Part shown: one piece after another, positions 10,166-19,191 of the stretch
Numbering within the stretch: position 1 is the first letter of the stretch
Layout of the letters: the number at the start of each line of letters is the position of its first letter
Made by a program: the position numbers and the translations under genes
From: Nitrospirota bacterium
GTDB lineage: Bacteria > Nitrospirota > 9FT-COMBO-42-15 > HDB-SIOI813
Direction: 5' to 3'
Length of the DNA: 64,000 nucleotides
Assembly: GCA_020846775.1 (NCBI GenBank)
Contig: JADLDG010000023.1
Span: 211,948-275,947 of the forward strand
Notes under the pieces: generated by a model
What the model saw: the letters and a program-made list of their open reading frames with translations, nothing else
Database searches by the model: none
Told to the model about the DNA's origin: nothing

Positions 10166-12715
10166 TCACCGCTGCCAGAGAATGTGACCATCCTCCATGG
10201 GAACCGAAACTCCGGAGCTGTGCGGTATCATACGCACCGTATAGTCCTTCTCCGGTCGGTCCGCAGGCACCGCAGCGCTGTAAATGTAGCCGCCCGACGC
10301 ACCCGACGACGTGTTGCTGACGCGCTTCATCTCCTGCCGAACCATACCAACGCCGTTGACTCCGTCGGCATAAAGCTCTACACGCACTGCTGCCGGGTCG
10401 AGGTCATTGAGATAGACCTGAACCTCGAATAAATGCTGGTTCCCTTTGGTCTCCATCTTCATTTCACCTAAGCGGAGTGTCCCCCATTTTTGCTGGATCG
10501 TATGCTGCCACTCAACCACCTGTCTTCCAACGGCACCTTTATCAGCAGCTCGTTTACGATAGTTTATGGCAGCAGGAAGGTAGTGTTGCTCAGTATATTC
10601 ACGCACGGAGCGGTTGGCGGAAAAGCGAGGTGTCAACAGCGCCATGCTTTCCCGCATCCTGGCCAGCCAGTCCCTGGGGATGCCATCTTTGTCCCGGTTA
10701 TAGAACTCTGGAATTACCTCGTGTTCTAACAGGTCGTAGAGTGCCCCTGCTTCAACTGCATCCCAGACCGGATCGTCGTCATGTTCCAGGCCGTCTCCCA
10801 ATGCCCATCCCACTTCTGGCGTGTAGGCCTCTGCCCACCAGCCGTCCAATTCCGATAAATTTATACCGCCATTGACGAGGACCTTCATTCCGCTTGTACC
10901 GCAAGCCTCCCAGGGCCGGCGCGGAGTGTTGATCCAGACATCTACCCCCTGCACCAGGTGTTCAGTCAGCAGCATGTCATAGTCACTCAGGAAGATCACA
11001 CGGCTGCGCGCCTCAGGCTGTTTGATGAAATGGTTCCACTGCTGTATCATAGACTGTCCCGCCTGGTCCTCCGGATGGGCCTTGCCGGCAATGATAAGCT
11101 GCACCGGGCGCTCCGGACTGGTTAACAGGCGAAGCAATCGTTCCGGATCATGCAACAATAGATTTGGTCTCTTATAGGTTGCGAAGCGCCTGGCAAAGCC
11201 CAGGGTCAATGAATTGGGATCAAATAAATGCTTCGTCCCGGCAACCTCCACTGTGGACGCACCGGAAGCAGCCAGTTCCCTGGACAAACGCTCACGAGCA
11301 TATTCAACAAGAGACTTGCTTGCCGCAATACGAAATTGCCAAAGTCTGGTGTCGGAGATAAGGTAAATGTCCTTCGCGAGGGTTTCCGTCGTCCACAGCC
11401 AGCGATCTTTTCCACAGGCTTCCGTCCAAAGATCGTCGGCCGGCGCCGAGTCCCAGCTCGGCATGTGAACTCCGTTGGTCACATGTCCTACCGGCACTTC
11501 GTCTATCGGCCAGCGCGGAAAAAGAGGCTCAAAGAGCTGCCTGCTTACTTTTCCATGCAGGCGGCTTACCCCATTGACCGCACCGCTTCCGCGGATTGCC
11601 AGATAGGCCATGTTGAAACTCTCCGATGGGTCGTTCGGATTCTGACGGCCCATGGCGAGCAAGTCGTGGAGTGATATGCCGAGCTTCTGTTCGGCATATC
11701 CACCCAGGTATTGCTCGATGAGGGCCGGATCAAAGCGGTCAAAGCCGGCAGTCACTGCCGTGTGAGTGGTAAAGAGATTACCAGCTCTGGTGACAGCCAG
11801 TGCGACTTCGAAGGGCTGTCCGGTCTCATTCATAAAACTCCGGGCTCGTTCCAAAATGGCGAAGGCAGCATGTCCCTCATTCAGATGACAGACCTCCGGC
11901 TTAATACCAAGTGCGCAAAGAAGGCGCCATCCGCCAATCCCAAGCATCATCTCCTGTTTCAGCCTTAACTCCGGTCCTCCCCCGTAGAGCTCACTGGTAA
12001 TGCCACGGTGAGCGGGAAGGTTCGCAGGGTCATTGCTGTCAAGCAGGTAAAGGCGCACCCGGCCGACCTGGACCTGCCAGGCGCGCAGCCAGACCGGGTA
12101 TCCGGGCAAGTCGAGCTTCAGCCGCAACCACTCCCCATTCGCCTGACGGAGCGGTGTGATGGGCAATTGTCCCGGATCATTGTAGGGGAAAAGGGCCTGT
12201 TGCGCTCCCTCTTTGTCTATCACTTGCCGGAAATAACCTTGCTGGTAAAGCAGTCCCACACCTACCACCGGCACTCCCAGATCACTCGCCGATTTGAGCT
12301 GATCGCCTGCCACATTACCAAGTCCGCCGGAATAGATTGGCAGCGCTTCACTCAACATGAATTCCATGCTGAAATATGCAGCACAGGTAAGTTGAGACTT
12401 CGAATGCTCTTGCTGAAACCATGCAGGGGTTTTCGCTGCCTTACGCATGGCGTGCAAGAGGTCATCCACTATTTTGCGGAAATATGGATCGGATAATACT
12501 CTCTTAAGCTTATCCCTGGAAACCGTCTGCAGAACCGCCCAGGGGTTGTACGTAAGCTCCCACAGATCAGGATCAAGCTGCTGCCAGACTTTATCAGCAG
12601 TATGACTCCACGACCAGCGCAGATCAAGGGCAAGCTCGGCCAGGGATTCGAATCCCTCGACTTCCGCGGGCAGAAGGCTGTATATCGGATGTCTGACACC
12701 TGTTCTATTGCTCAC
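10166..12715 (-). CDS. glgP: Alpha-glucan (glycogen) phosphorylase
   Basis: YFSMEF, YSGGLG, HLNEGH, VTNGVH, FARRFATYKR, EACGTSGMK PLP-lysine motif; RBS AAAGGAG before GTG. Confidence 0.97.
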   Translation of the reverse strand: MSNRTGVRHPIYSLLPAEVEGFESLAELALDLRWSWSHTADKVWQQLDPDLWELTYNPWAVLQTVSRDKLKRVLSDPYFRKIVDDLLHAMRKAAKTPAWFQQEHSKSQLTCAAYFSMEFMLSEALPIYSGGLGNVAGDQLKSASDLGVPVVGVGLLYQQGYFRQVIDKEGAQQALFPYNDPGQLPITPLRQANGEWLRLKLDLPGYPVWLRAWQVQVGRVRLYLLDSNDPANLPAHRGITSELYGGGPELRLKQEMMLGIGGWRLLCALGIKPEVCHLNEGHAAFAILERARSFMNETGQPFEVALAVTRAGNLFTTHTAVTAGFDRFDPALIEQYLGGYAEQKLGISLHDLLAMGRQNPNDPSESFNMAYLAIRGSGAVNGVSRLHGKVSRQLFEPLFPRWPIDEVPVGHVTNGVHMPSWDSAPADDLWTEACGKDRWLWTTETLAKDIYLISDTRLWQFRIAASKSLVEYARERLSRELAASGASTVEVAGTKHLFDPNSLTLGFARRFATYKRPNLLLHDPERLLRLLTSPERPVQLIIAGKAHPEDQAGQSMIQQWNHFIKQPEARSRVIFLSDYDMLLTEHLVQGVDVWINTPRRPWEACGTSGMKVLVNGGINLSELDGWWAEAYTPEVGWALGDGLEHDDDPVWDAVEAGALYDLLEHEVIPEFYNRDKDGIPRDWLARMRESMALLTPRFSANRSVREYTEQHYLPAAINYRKRAADKGAVGRQVVEWQHTIQQKWGTLRLGEMKMETKGNQHLFEVQVYLNDLDPAAVRVELYADGVNGVGMVRQEMKRVSNTSSGASGGYIYSAAVPADRPEKDYTVRMIPHSSGVSVPMEDGHILWQR

Positions 12716-12886
12716 TTTCGCTCCTTTCTTTTCCTGTCTATTATACTCTCATGCCTTGATCCAACTCAAGCCGCTTAGCGTATTGTATACGAAGATTGCA
12801 GAGCGTGATAAGGTCTTTCTCCTTTTCATGATAACTGTTATGAATAATATTACCCTGTTTTCATGTGTGATTACAATGAGTATCAA

Positions 12887-14296
12887 TTAGACTGATTGTG
12901 GGAGCCTGACCCTGAATGTACTCCCGGCATTGACCTCACTTTCTGCTTCAATTAATCCTCCATGTGACCTGACAATAAGCTGACAGATGGAAAGGCCCAA
13001 TCCGCTCCCCGCATTTTTTCGGGTGCTGTCATTATCTACACGGTAAAATCTCTCAAAAATGTGCGGCAGGTCTTCAACGGGAATGCCGATGCCATTATCG
13101 CTGACTTCCACAACTGCCCATTTCGACTCCAGATAAAGAGAGACATCAATATTACCTTTCTGATCTGTATATTTGACGGCATTATCAAGCAGGTTAAAAA
13201 AGAGTTGATATAAACGCATCTTGTCTGCCTGTATAGATACCGGAGTCAGCCCTTTGATATTGATTTTCTGTTTTTTTATTGACGCCATCATGCCGGCATC
13301 GGTGATTACTTCCTGCAATAGTTCATCCAGTTGCAGTGTAGTAAAATCAAAATTTGTTTGTATCGCCTCAACTTGACTAAGCATTAACAGGCTGTTAATT
13401 GTATGACTCAGCCTGGAGATTGTTTCAACATCCTGAACAAGTTTTTCCTTCATCGTTAGTGTCAACCCGGGATTATTCAATTCATTCTCCCAGTGAGCAC
13501 GCAGTATGGACAAGGGTGTCTTAAGCTCGTGAGCGGCGTCTGCCATAAACTGTTTCTGACTCTCAAATGCCTCCTGCAGACGTCCCAGCAGGCTATTGAG
13601 TACCATTGAAAGTTGCCCTAATTCATCCTCCTTATGATGAACGATGATCCTCTCACCCAAATTACTATGGCTGATCTGATTTGCCTTTTGGGTAATTTTG
13701 TTTATAGGATTCAGGAGCTGGCGCGTAAGAAAATAACTGCCGGTCCCGACCAGTATGAGGGTCAAAACAATTCCTCCAAGCAGCACTCTCAGCAATTTCT
13801 CCATGGATTCTTTAATTCTTTCAATCGGCACCCCAACTATGACCTCCCCTATTAGATGATTTTTATAATACATCGTTCGTGAAATAGCCCTGAATGTAAT
13901 CTCCCCTTTTACATTCGAACTGAAAAATGAGATGTTTCCCGGCACCCTGACATCAATTGTAAAGGCTTTCTTAGTCCTGTCTTTGGCGCCATGTACTTCG
14001 AATGATATGATTCGTGTCATAGGGGAGGCAAAGATGGTATTTCCAGAGGTATCATGGACAATGACATAATATTCCAGATAGCGGTTTAAGTTGTCCGGAG
14101 AGATGGTCAGGCTGATAAACTCATTAAAAAACGGGTCATAGGCTCTTTCAATGGAATCGGCAATATAATTGAGTTCGTCATCAATAGCCCTGAATAAAAA
14201 ACTTCTCATGCCCCAGTATGCCCCAAGACTGAACATAAGCACGATGGCAAGCGTGATCGTAATATAGAGCAGGGTCAGCCGCAGACGGATCTTCAT
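12887..14296 (-). CDS. Sensor histidine kinase (2 TM, HAMP, HisKA, HATPase_c)
   Basis: H-box FMADAAHELKTP, N-box NLLDNAVKY, DNGIG, FERFYR, GSGLGLSI; TAATG coupling to upstream RR. Confidence 0.95.
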   Translation of the reverse strand: MKIRLRLTLLYITITLAIVLMFSLGAYWGMRSFLFRAIDDELNYIADSIERAYDPFFNEFISLTISPDNLNRYLEYYVIVHDTSGNTIFASPMTRIISFEVHGAKDRTKKAFTIDVRVPGNISFFSSNVKGEITFRAISRTMYYKNHLIGEVIVGVPIERIKESMEKLLRVLLGGIVLTLILVGTGSYFLTRQLLNPINKITQKANQISHSNLGERIIVHHKEDELGQLSMVLNSLLGRLQEAFESQKQFMADAAHELKTPLSILRAHWENELNNPGLTLTMKEKLVQDVETISRLSHTINSLLMLSQVEAIQTNFDFTTLQLDELLQEVITDAGMMASIKKQKINIKGLTPVSIQADKMRLYQLFFNLLDNAVKYTDQKGNIDVSLYLESKWAVVEVSDNGIGIPVEDLPHIFERFYRVDNDSTRKNAGSGLGLSICQLIVRSHGGLIEAESEVNAGSTFRVRLPQSV

Positions 14297-14973
14297 TATT
14301 CATCCCTGATGAGATAACCTACTCCACGAATCGTTTGAATGAGCCTCTTTTCTTTGTCATCATTAATCTTCTTACGGAGGTTTTTGATATGTACATCCAC
14401 AAAGTTGGTCATCGAAAAGAGATCGAAACTATCCCCCCAGACATGTTCTGCAATTGAAAGCCGTGACAATAAGCGGTTCTTATTGTAAAGAAGAAATTCC
14501 AGGATTGCATATTCTTTTGTGGTCAGATTCACAAGTCTCCCTGAAATTGTGACCTGGTGAGTATTCGTATTGACTTCAAGGTCTCCGGCGCTCAGTGCAG
14601 CGGACTTCACTTCACTTGTACGCCTCAATAAAGATCTGGTCCTGGCCAGTAGTTCCGGAATAGCAAAAGGCTTCGTTAAATAATCATCTGCGCCCGCATC
14701 AAGTCCAATTACTTTATCTTCAACGTTATTTCTGACAGTCAGCAAAAGAACCGGGACTGTTAACCTCCCTTTGCGAACTTCTTTTAACACCTCGATTCCA
14801 TTCATTTTAGGAAGTAATACATCCAGTATAATCAGGTCGTATTCTTCCTCAAAAGCCTTATCGAGTCCGTCCATTCCATTGGATGCTATTCCAACATGAT
14901 AGCCTTCACTCTCTAAAATATTCCTGACCTGTGAGGCCAGTGCCTCCTCATCTTCGACGACCAAGATTCTCAT
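14296..14973 (-). CDS. OmpR/PhoB-family response regulator
   Basis: MRILVVEDE, DLIILD, GADDYLTKPF, winged-helix VDVHIKNLRKKI...IQTIRGVGY; start set at ATG 14973. Confidence 0.95.
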   Translation of the reverse strand: MRILVVEDEEALASQVRNILESEGYHVGIASNGMDGLDKAFEEEYDLIILDVLLPKMNGIEVLKEVRKGRLTVPVLLLTVRNNVEDKVIGLDAGADDYLTKPFAIPELLARTRSLLRRTSEVKSAALSAGDLEVNTNTHQVTISGRLVNLTTKEYAILEFLLYNKNRLLSRLSIAEHVWGDSFDLFSMTNFVDVHIKNLRKKINDDKEKRLIQTIRGVGYLIRDE

Positions 14974-15024
14974 TTTTATTCCTGAATCTATATTATACAA
15001 AATATCATCGCGGGTATCAGGAAA

Positions 15025-16545
15025 TTATTTTTCTGGCATAGTAAAGGCCAGGAATAAGTTGCCGCCGGAACGGTACAGTTGAAACAACATGCCTTCTCCC
15101 GGTTTGACCTTTTTTATTGAATTATTAAATTCGATCGCAGAATGGACCTGCTTTTTATTGAATTTCGTTATTAAATCACCTTCCTTAAAACCAACCTGTG
15201 CAGCAATACCTTCAGGATCAACGCTGACGACAACGACCCCCATTTCTTTTTCCGGGATCTGGTATCTTCCGGCCAGATCATGGTTTATGTCAGAGACATT
15301 AAGCCCGATCTTTGAGTTGCCGGTGTCACGTTGTGACTGCTGCTCTGCCTCAGGACTCAATTCGCCTAATGTAACTGAAACATCCATTAACCTGTTGTCT
15401 CTTAATATTCCAAGAGTCACGGATGATCCCGGAGACATACCTGCAATGTGGGTGCTTAATTCCATAGAGTTATCAACAACCTTTCCGTTCATTTTAAGTA
15501 TAACATCCTCAATTTTAAGCTCCGCTTTTTCAGCAGGACTGTTTTCCTGGATATTGCTTATAATAACCCCTTTTGCTGAATCTAATTTAAGCGCCTTGGC
15601 GATTTCCGGAGTGACATCCTGGATATAGACCCCCAGCCAGCCTCTCTGCACTTTCCCTTTCTCAATGATATCCTGCATTACCTTCTGCGCAAGTTTTGAA
15701 GGAATAGCAAAACCGACCCCCATGTACCCACCTGTGCCGCTGGCTATTGCTGTATTGATTCCAATTAATTCACCCCGAAGATTGACGAGGGCTCCACCTG
15801 AATTTCCGGGATTTATAGCCGCATCTGTCTGAATAAAGTCCTCGTATTGACTTATTCCCACGCCTCTTCTCCCTTTTCCGCTGACGATTCCTGCCGTCAC
15901 TGTATGTTCGAGTTGCGGATTAAAAGGAGAGCCAATCGCCAGGACCCATTCTCCGACCCTGGCCGCGTCAGAATTTCCTATTTGGATAGGTTGCAGGTTA
16001 TGGGACTTTATGGTAATAACCGCCAGGTCTGTCTGTGCGTCTCTTCCTTTCACTTTTGCTTCATACTCCTCTCCATTCAGCAGCTTTACCTTGATATTGT
16101 CAGCACCATCCACGACATGATTATTGGTTAAAATAATTCCGTCCGCGTCTATAATAACTCCTGATCCCAATCCCATCTGTTTTAAATTACCCTGAGGCTG
16201 TCTGTCCTGAAAAAATCGTTTAAAGAAATCATCTCCAAAAAACTGATCAAACGGCATCCCCTTGAAAGGCTGCTGCACTTTGACATTTGACTCCGTGAAT
16301 ATTGTCACTACTGACGGATTCACTTTTTTTGCAACCCCGGCGAAGACATTGCTAAACTGTTCGGCCGCAGCTACATCAGATGGATTGACCGATGCTGCAT
16401 CTGTCCCCTGCCGGACTTTAATAATCCCTGTCGGCTCTGCATTGCTTATACTATCCCAATGAATCACCGCTGCGTTTATCAGGCCGGCTGCAATAATTGC
16501 GATAAACAATACACACCTTTTTTTTACGAACTCTTTGTAATTCAT
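15025..16545 (-). CDS. degP: DegP/HtrA (Do) serine protease with two PDZ domains
   Basis: LTNNHV, DLAV, QTDAAINPGNSGG, PDZ RGWLGV; RBS GGAGG before ATG 16545. Confidence 0.93.
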   Translation of the reverse strand: MNYKEFVKKRCVLFIAIIAAGLINAAVIHWDSISNAEPTGIIKVRQGTDAASVNPSDVAAAEQFSNVFAGVAKKVNPSVVTIFTESNVKVQQPFKGMPFDQFFGDDFFKRFFQDRQPQGNLKQMGLGSGVIIDADGIILTNNHVVDGADNIKVKLLNGEEYEAKVKGRDAQTDLAVITIKSHNLQPIQIGNSDAARVGEWVLAIGSPFNPQLEHTVTAGIVSGKGRRGVGISQYEDFIQTDAAINPGNSGGALVNLRGELIGINTAIASGTGGYMGVGFAIPSKLAQKVMQDIIEKGKVQRGWLGVYIQDVTPEIAKALKLDSAKGVIISNIQENSPAEKAELKIEDVILKMNGKVVDNSMELSTHIAGMSPGSSVTLGILRDNRLMDVSVTLGELSPEAEQQSQRDTGNSKIGLNVSDINHDLAGRYQIPEKEMGVVVVSVDPEGIAAQVGFKEGDLITKFNKKQVHSAIEFNNSIKKVKPGEGMLFQLYRSGGNLFLAFTMPEK

Positions 16546-16612
16546 TCTTTTTTCCTCCATGCTGATAGATTAACTGTTGATAGATCCGGACTGACCGATT
16601 ATGCTATTTTGA

Positions 16613-16646
16613 ATCTTAGCATTGATGTATGAAGATTTGATGAAGA
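16613..16646 (-). promoter_or_regulatory. Putative OmpR-family box (TCTTCAT direct repeat, 11-bp period) plus -10 TAAGAT for degP-RR-HK
   Basis: Plus-strand ATGAAGA at 16629-16635 and 16640-16646; -10 (ATCTTA on plus, 16613-16618) lies 10 nt downstream on the minus strand. Confidence 0.6.
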
Positions 16647-16742
16647 GATAGCGGTTTGGATGCCTGTTCTGCATGAGCAGTTCGAGTGGAAATCCCCTTT
16701 GCCAGACTCAACTCCAGCGCCGCGACTAAAAAATAAAAAAAA

Positions 16743-16814
16743 TCAACACTGTCGTAGTCTGCACAGTCTGTCACTCCCATGACCTTCGTTATCCTCCGCA
16801 GTTACGATACGCAT
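16743..16814 (-). pseudogene. 23-codon ORF coupled to tkt, possible decayed 5' end of rpiB
   Basis: TAATG overlap with tkt stop, SD GGGAGG; [12 protein letters not shown] resembles the RpiB N-terminal pattern MRIxxAxDHxG. Confidence 0.25.
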
Positions 16815-18901
16815 TACGTTGCCTCCCTTTTCCGGTTTACTAACTCCAGTGCATGTCTGCGGATATTATCAACAGTGAAACCATATTCGCTCATCAGGAC
16901 CTTTCCCGGGGCCGATGCGCCGAAACGATCCACTCCAATCACAGTACCCTTGTCGCCCACATACTTGCACCAACCCTGAGTCGCTCCCGCTTCAACGGCA
17001 AGTCGTGCCCGTGTTGTTGGAGGAAGAACCGAGTCTCGATAACCTCGGGATTGGGCATCAAACAATTCCCAGCATGGCATGGCTACTATCCGAACGTTGA
17101 TCTTGCTCTCGGTCAGTTTTTGGCGGGCCTCAACGATCAGGCTGACTTCCGACCCGGAAGCGATCAGGATGATGTCCGGTTTGCCATTGGGCGCATCGGC
17201 CAAAACATATGCACCGCGTTGCAAACCATCTGCCGCAGCGAACTGTGTGCGGTCAAGCGTGGGCACATCCTGCCGTGTCAAAATAAGCGCGACCGGTCGA
17301 TCCCGTGTCTGAATCGCTACGCGCCACGCCACGGCAGTCTCGTTCGCATCGCATGGGCGGACGACGAGCAGGTTTGGGATCGCGCGCAGCGAGGCCAATT
17401 GCTCAATCGGCTGATGAGTTGGGCCATCTTCGCCAACAGCAATGCTGTCGTGGGTGAAAACGAAGATCACCCCCTGTTCCATAAGCGCCGTCAGTCGAAT
17501 CGGTGGCCGCATATAGTCCGAGAAAATGAGAAACGTTGACGTGAACGCAATGACCCCGCCGTGCACCGCCAACCCATTCGCGATTGATCCCATCGCATGC
17601 TCGCGAACACCAAAGTGCAGGTTGCGTCCCGCATAACTCCAGCCGCCGCCCGTCGATCCCTGCAAATTGCCGGTCTCCTCGAGTGGGTTTCCAAAATCAC
17701 CCATCATTTTAAGCCCTGTCCGGGTGGACGGATCTAAATCTGCGGAGCCACCGATCAAAGCTGGAAGTTTCTTGGCTATCGAGTTCAGTACGTTGCCCGA
17801 AGCGGCGCGTGTTGCCAAACCTTTCGGGTCGGCCGGAAAGACCGGGATATCGGCGTCCCAGCCCTGGGGCAATTCTCCGGTCATCCCCTGCTGAAATTCT
17901 TTGGCGAGGTCTGGAAACGCTTTCGAATACTCCGAGAATCCCACTTCCCATTCTGCTTCGGCCTGTTTGCCATTTTCAAGGGCAAGACGGAAATGCGCGA
18001 GTGCATTATCTGGAATGTAAAACTCCGGATTGAGTGGCCAGCCCAACGCCTGCTTTGTCAATCTCACTTCTTCCCTGCCAAGTGGCGAGCCGTGCGCTTT
18101 AAAAGTGTCCTGCTTGTGCGGTGAGCCATAGCCTATATGCGTGCGCACAAGAATCAGCGAGGGGCGTTCCTTCTCGGATTGTGCCGTACGCAGCGCGTGG
18201 TCAATCACCTCAAGATCATTTCCATCCTCAACCGTCTGCGTGTGCCAGCCGTACGCCTCGAAACGCCTGGCGCGATCTTCTGTGAATGTGATGTGAGTCG
18301 AGGCGGAAAGCGTGATGTGATTGTCGTCGTAGAGGCAAATCAGTTTGCCGAGCTTCAAATGACCAGCGAGCGACGCTGCCTCAGAAGACACGCCTTCCAT
18401 TAAATCGCCATCGCTGACCAGCACGTAAGTGAAATGATTGACGATATGGTGTCCGGGCCGGTTGTAGTGTGCCGCAAGATAATATTCCGCGATTGCCATG
18501 CCGACGCCGTTGGCGAATCCCTGGCCGAGGGGACCGGTCGTCGTCTCGATGCCCGGCGTCAGTCCGCGCTCGGGGTGTCCCGGAGACCTGCTGCCCCATT
18601 GGCGGAATTGCTTGATTTGCTCCAGCGGCAAATCGTAGCCAGTCAGATGCAGCAAGCTGTAGATCAACATCGAACCGTGTCCGGCCGACAGGACAAACCG
18701 GTCCCGATTGAACCAATGCGGGTTGATCGGATTGTGCCGAAGAAACCGCGTCCACAATACATAGGCCATCGGCGCAGCACCGAGGGGCAACCCAGGGTGG
18801 CCGCTATCGGCCTTTTCAATGGCATCCACGGACAGGAAACGAATCGTGTTGATCGCCAGTTGATCCATTTGCCCTGGATCGAGACTTGAAAAGGTTGTCA
18901 T
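16814..18901 (-). CDS. tkt: Transketolase
   Basis: [58 protein letters not shown]. Confidence 0.98.
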   Translation of the reverse strand: MTTFSSLDPGQMDQLAINTIRFLSVDAIEKADSGHPGLPLGAAPMAYVLWTRFLRHNPINPHWFNRDRFVLSAGHGSMLIYSLLHLTGYDLPLEQIKQFRQWGSRSPGHPERGLTPGIETTTGPLGQGFANGVGMAIAEYYLAAHYNRPGHHIVNHFTYVLVSDGDLMEGVSSEAASLAGHLKLGKLICLYDDNHITLSASTHITFTEDRARRFEAYGWHTQTVEDGNDLEVIDHALRTAQSEKERPSLILVRTHIGYGSPHKQDTFKAHGSPLGREEVRLTKQALGWPLNPEFYIPDNALAHFRLALENGKQAEAEWEVGFSEYSKAFPDLAKEFQQGMTGELPQGWDADIPVFPADPKGLATRAASGNVLNSIAKKLPALIGGSADLDPSTRTGLKMMGDFGNPLEETGNLQGSTGGGWSYAGRNLHFGVREHAMGSIANGLAVHGGVIAFTSTFLIFSDYMRPPIRLTALMEQGVIFVFTHDSIAVGEDGPTHQPIEQLASLRAIPNLLVVRPCDANETAVAWRVAIQTRDRPVALILTRQDVPTLDRTQFAAADGLQRGAYVLADAPNGKPDIILIASGSEVSLIVEARQKLTESKINVRIVAMPCWELFDAQSRGYRDSVLPPTTRARLAVEAGATQGWCKYVGDKGTVIGVDRFGASAPGKVLMSEYGFTVDNIRRHALELVNRKREAT

Positions 18902-19191
18902 GCTGATCTCCTTTCAATTGCGGCATTGTATTCGGCACAGGAGTGGCCTTTGTATAATATGTCTAATACATTACCATAGTGTCCACTTTTACCATCTTAC
19001 CTCAGTTCTGTGTGAAACTACAGTAAATATTGTTTGATCTTATTATGAAGTGGGAGTATCATATTAAAGCCAACCTTATATTATGGATAGTAAAATTGTA
19101 ACCAAATAAGAGCTATGATAATACAGAGCATCCTGCTACCTTATACAGAAAATTAAAAATTCCTGTTATATTATGAAAAGGGGAGCTTTTA

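Noticed and set aside
12642-12657. 16-bp perfect palindrome AGGGATTCGAATCCCT resembling a tRNA T-loop
   Set aside because: Inside glgP coding sequence (EGFESL); no acceptor stem or anticodon arm around it
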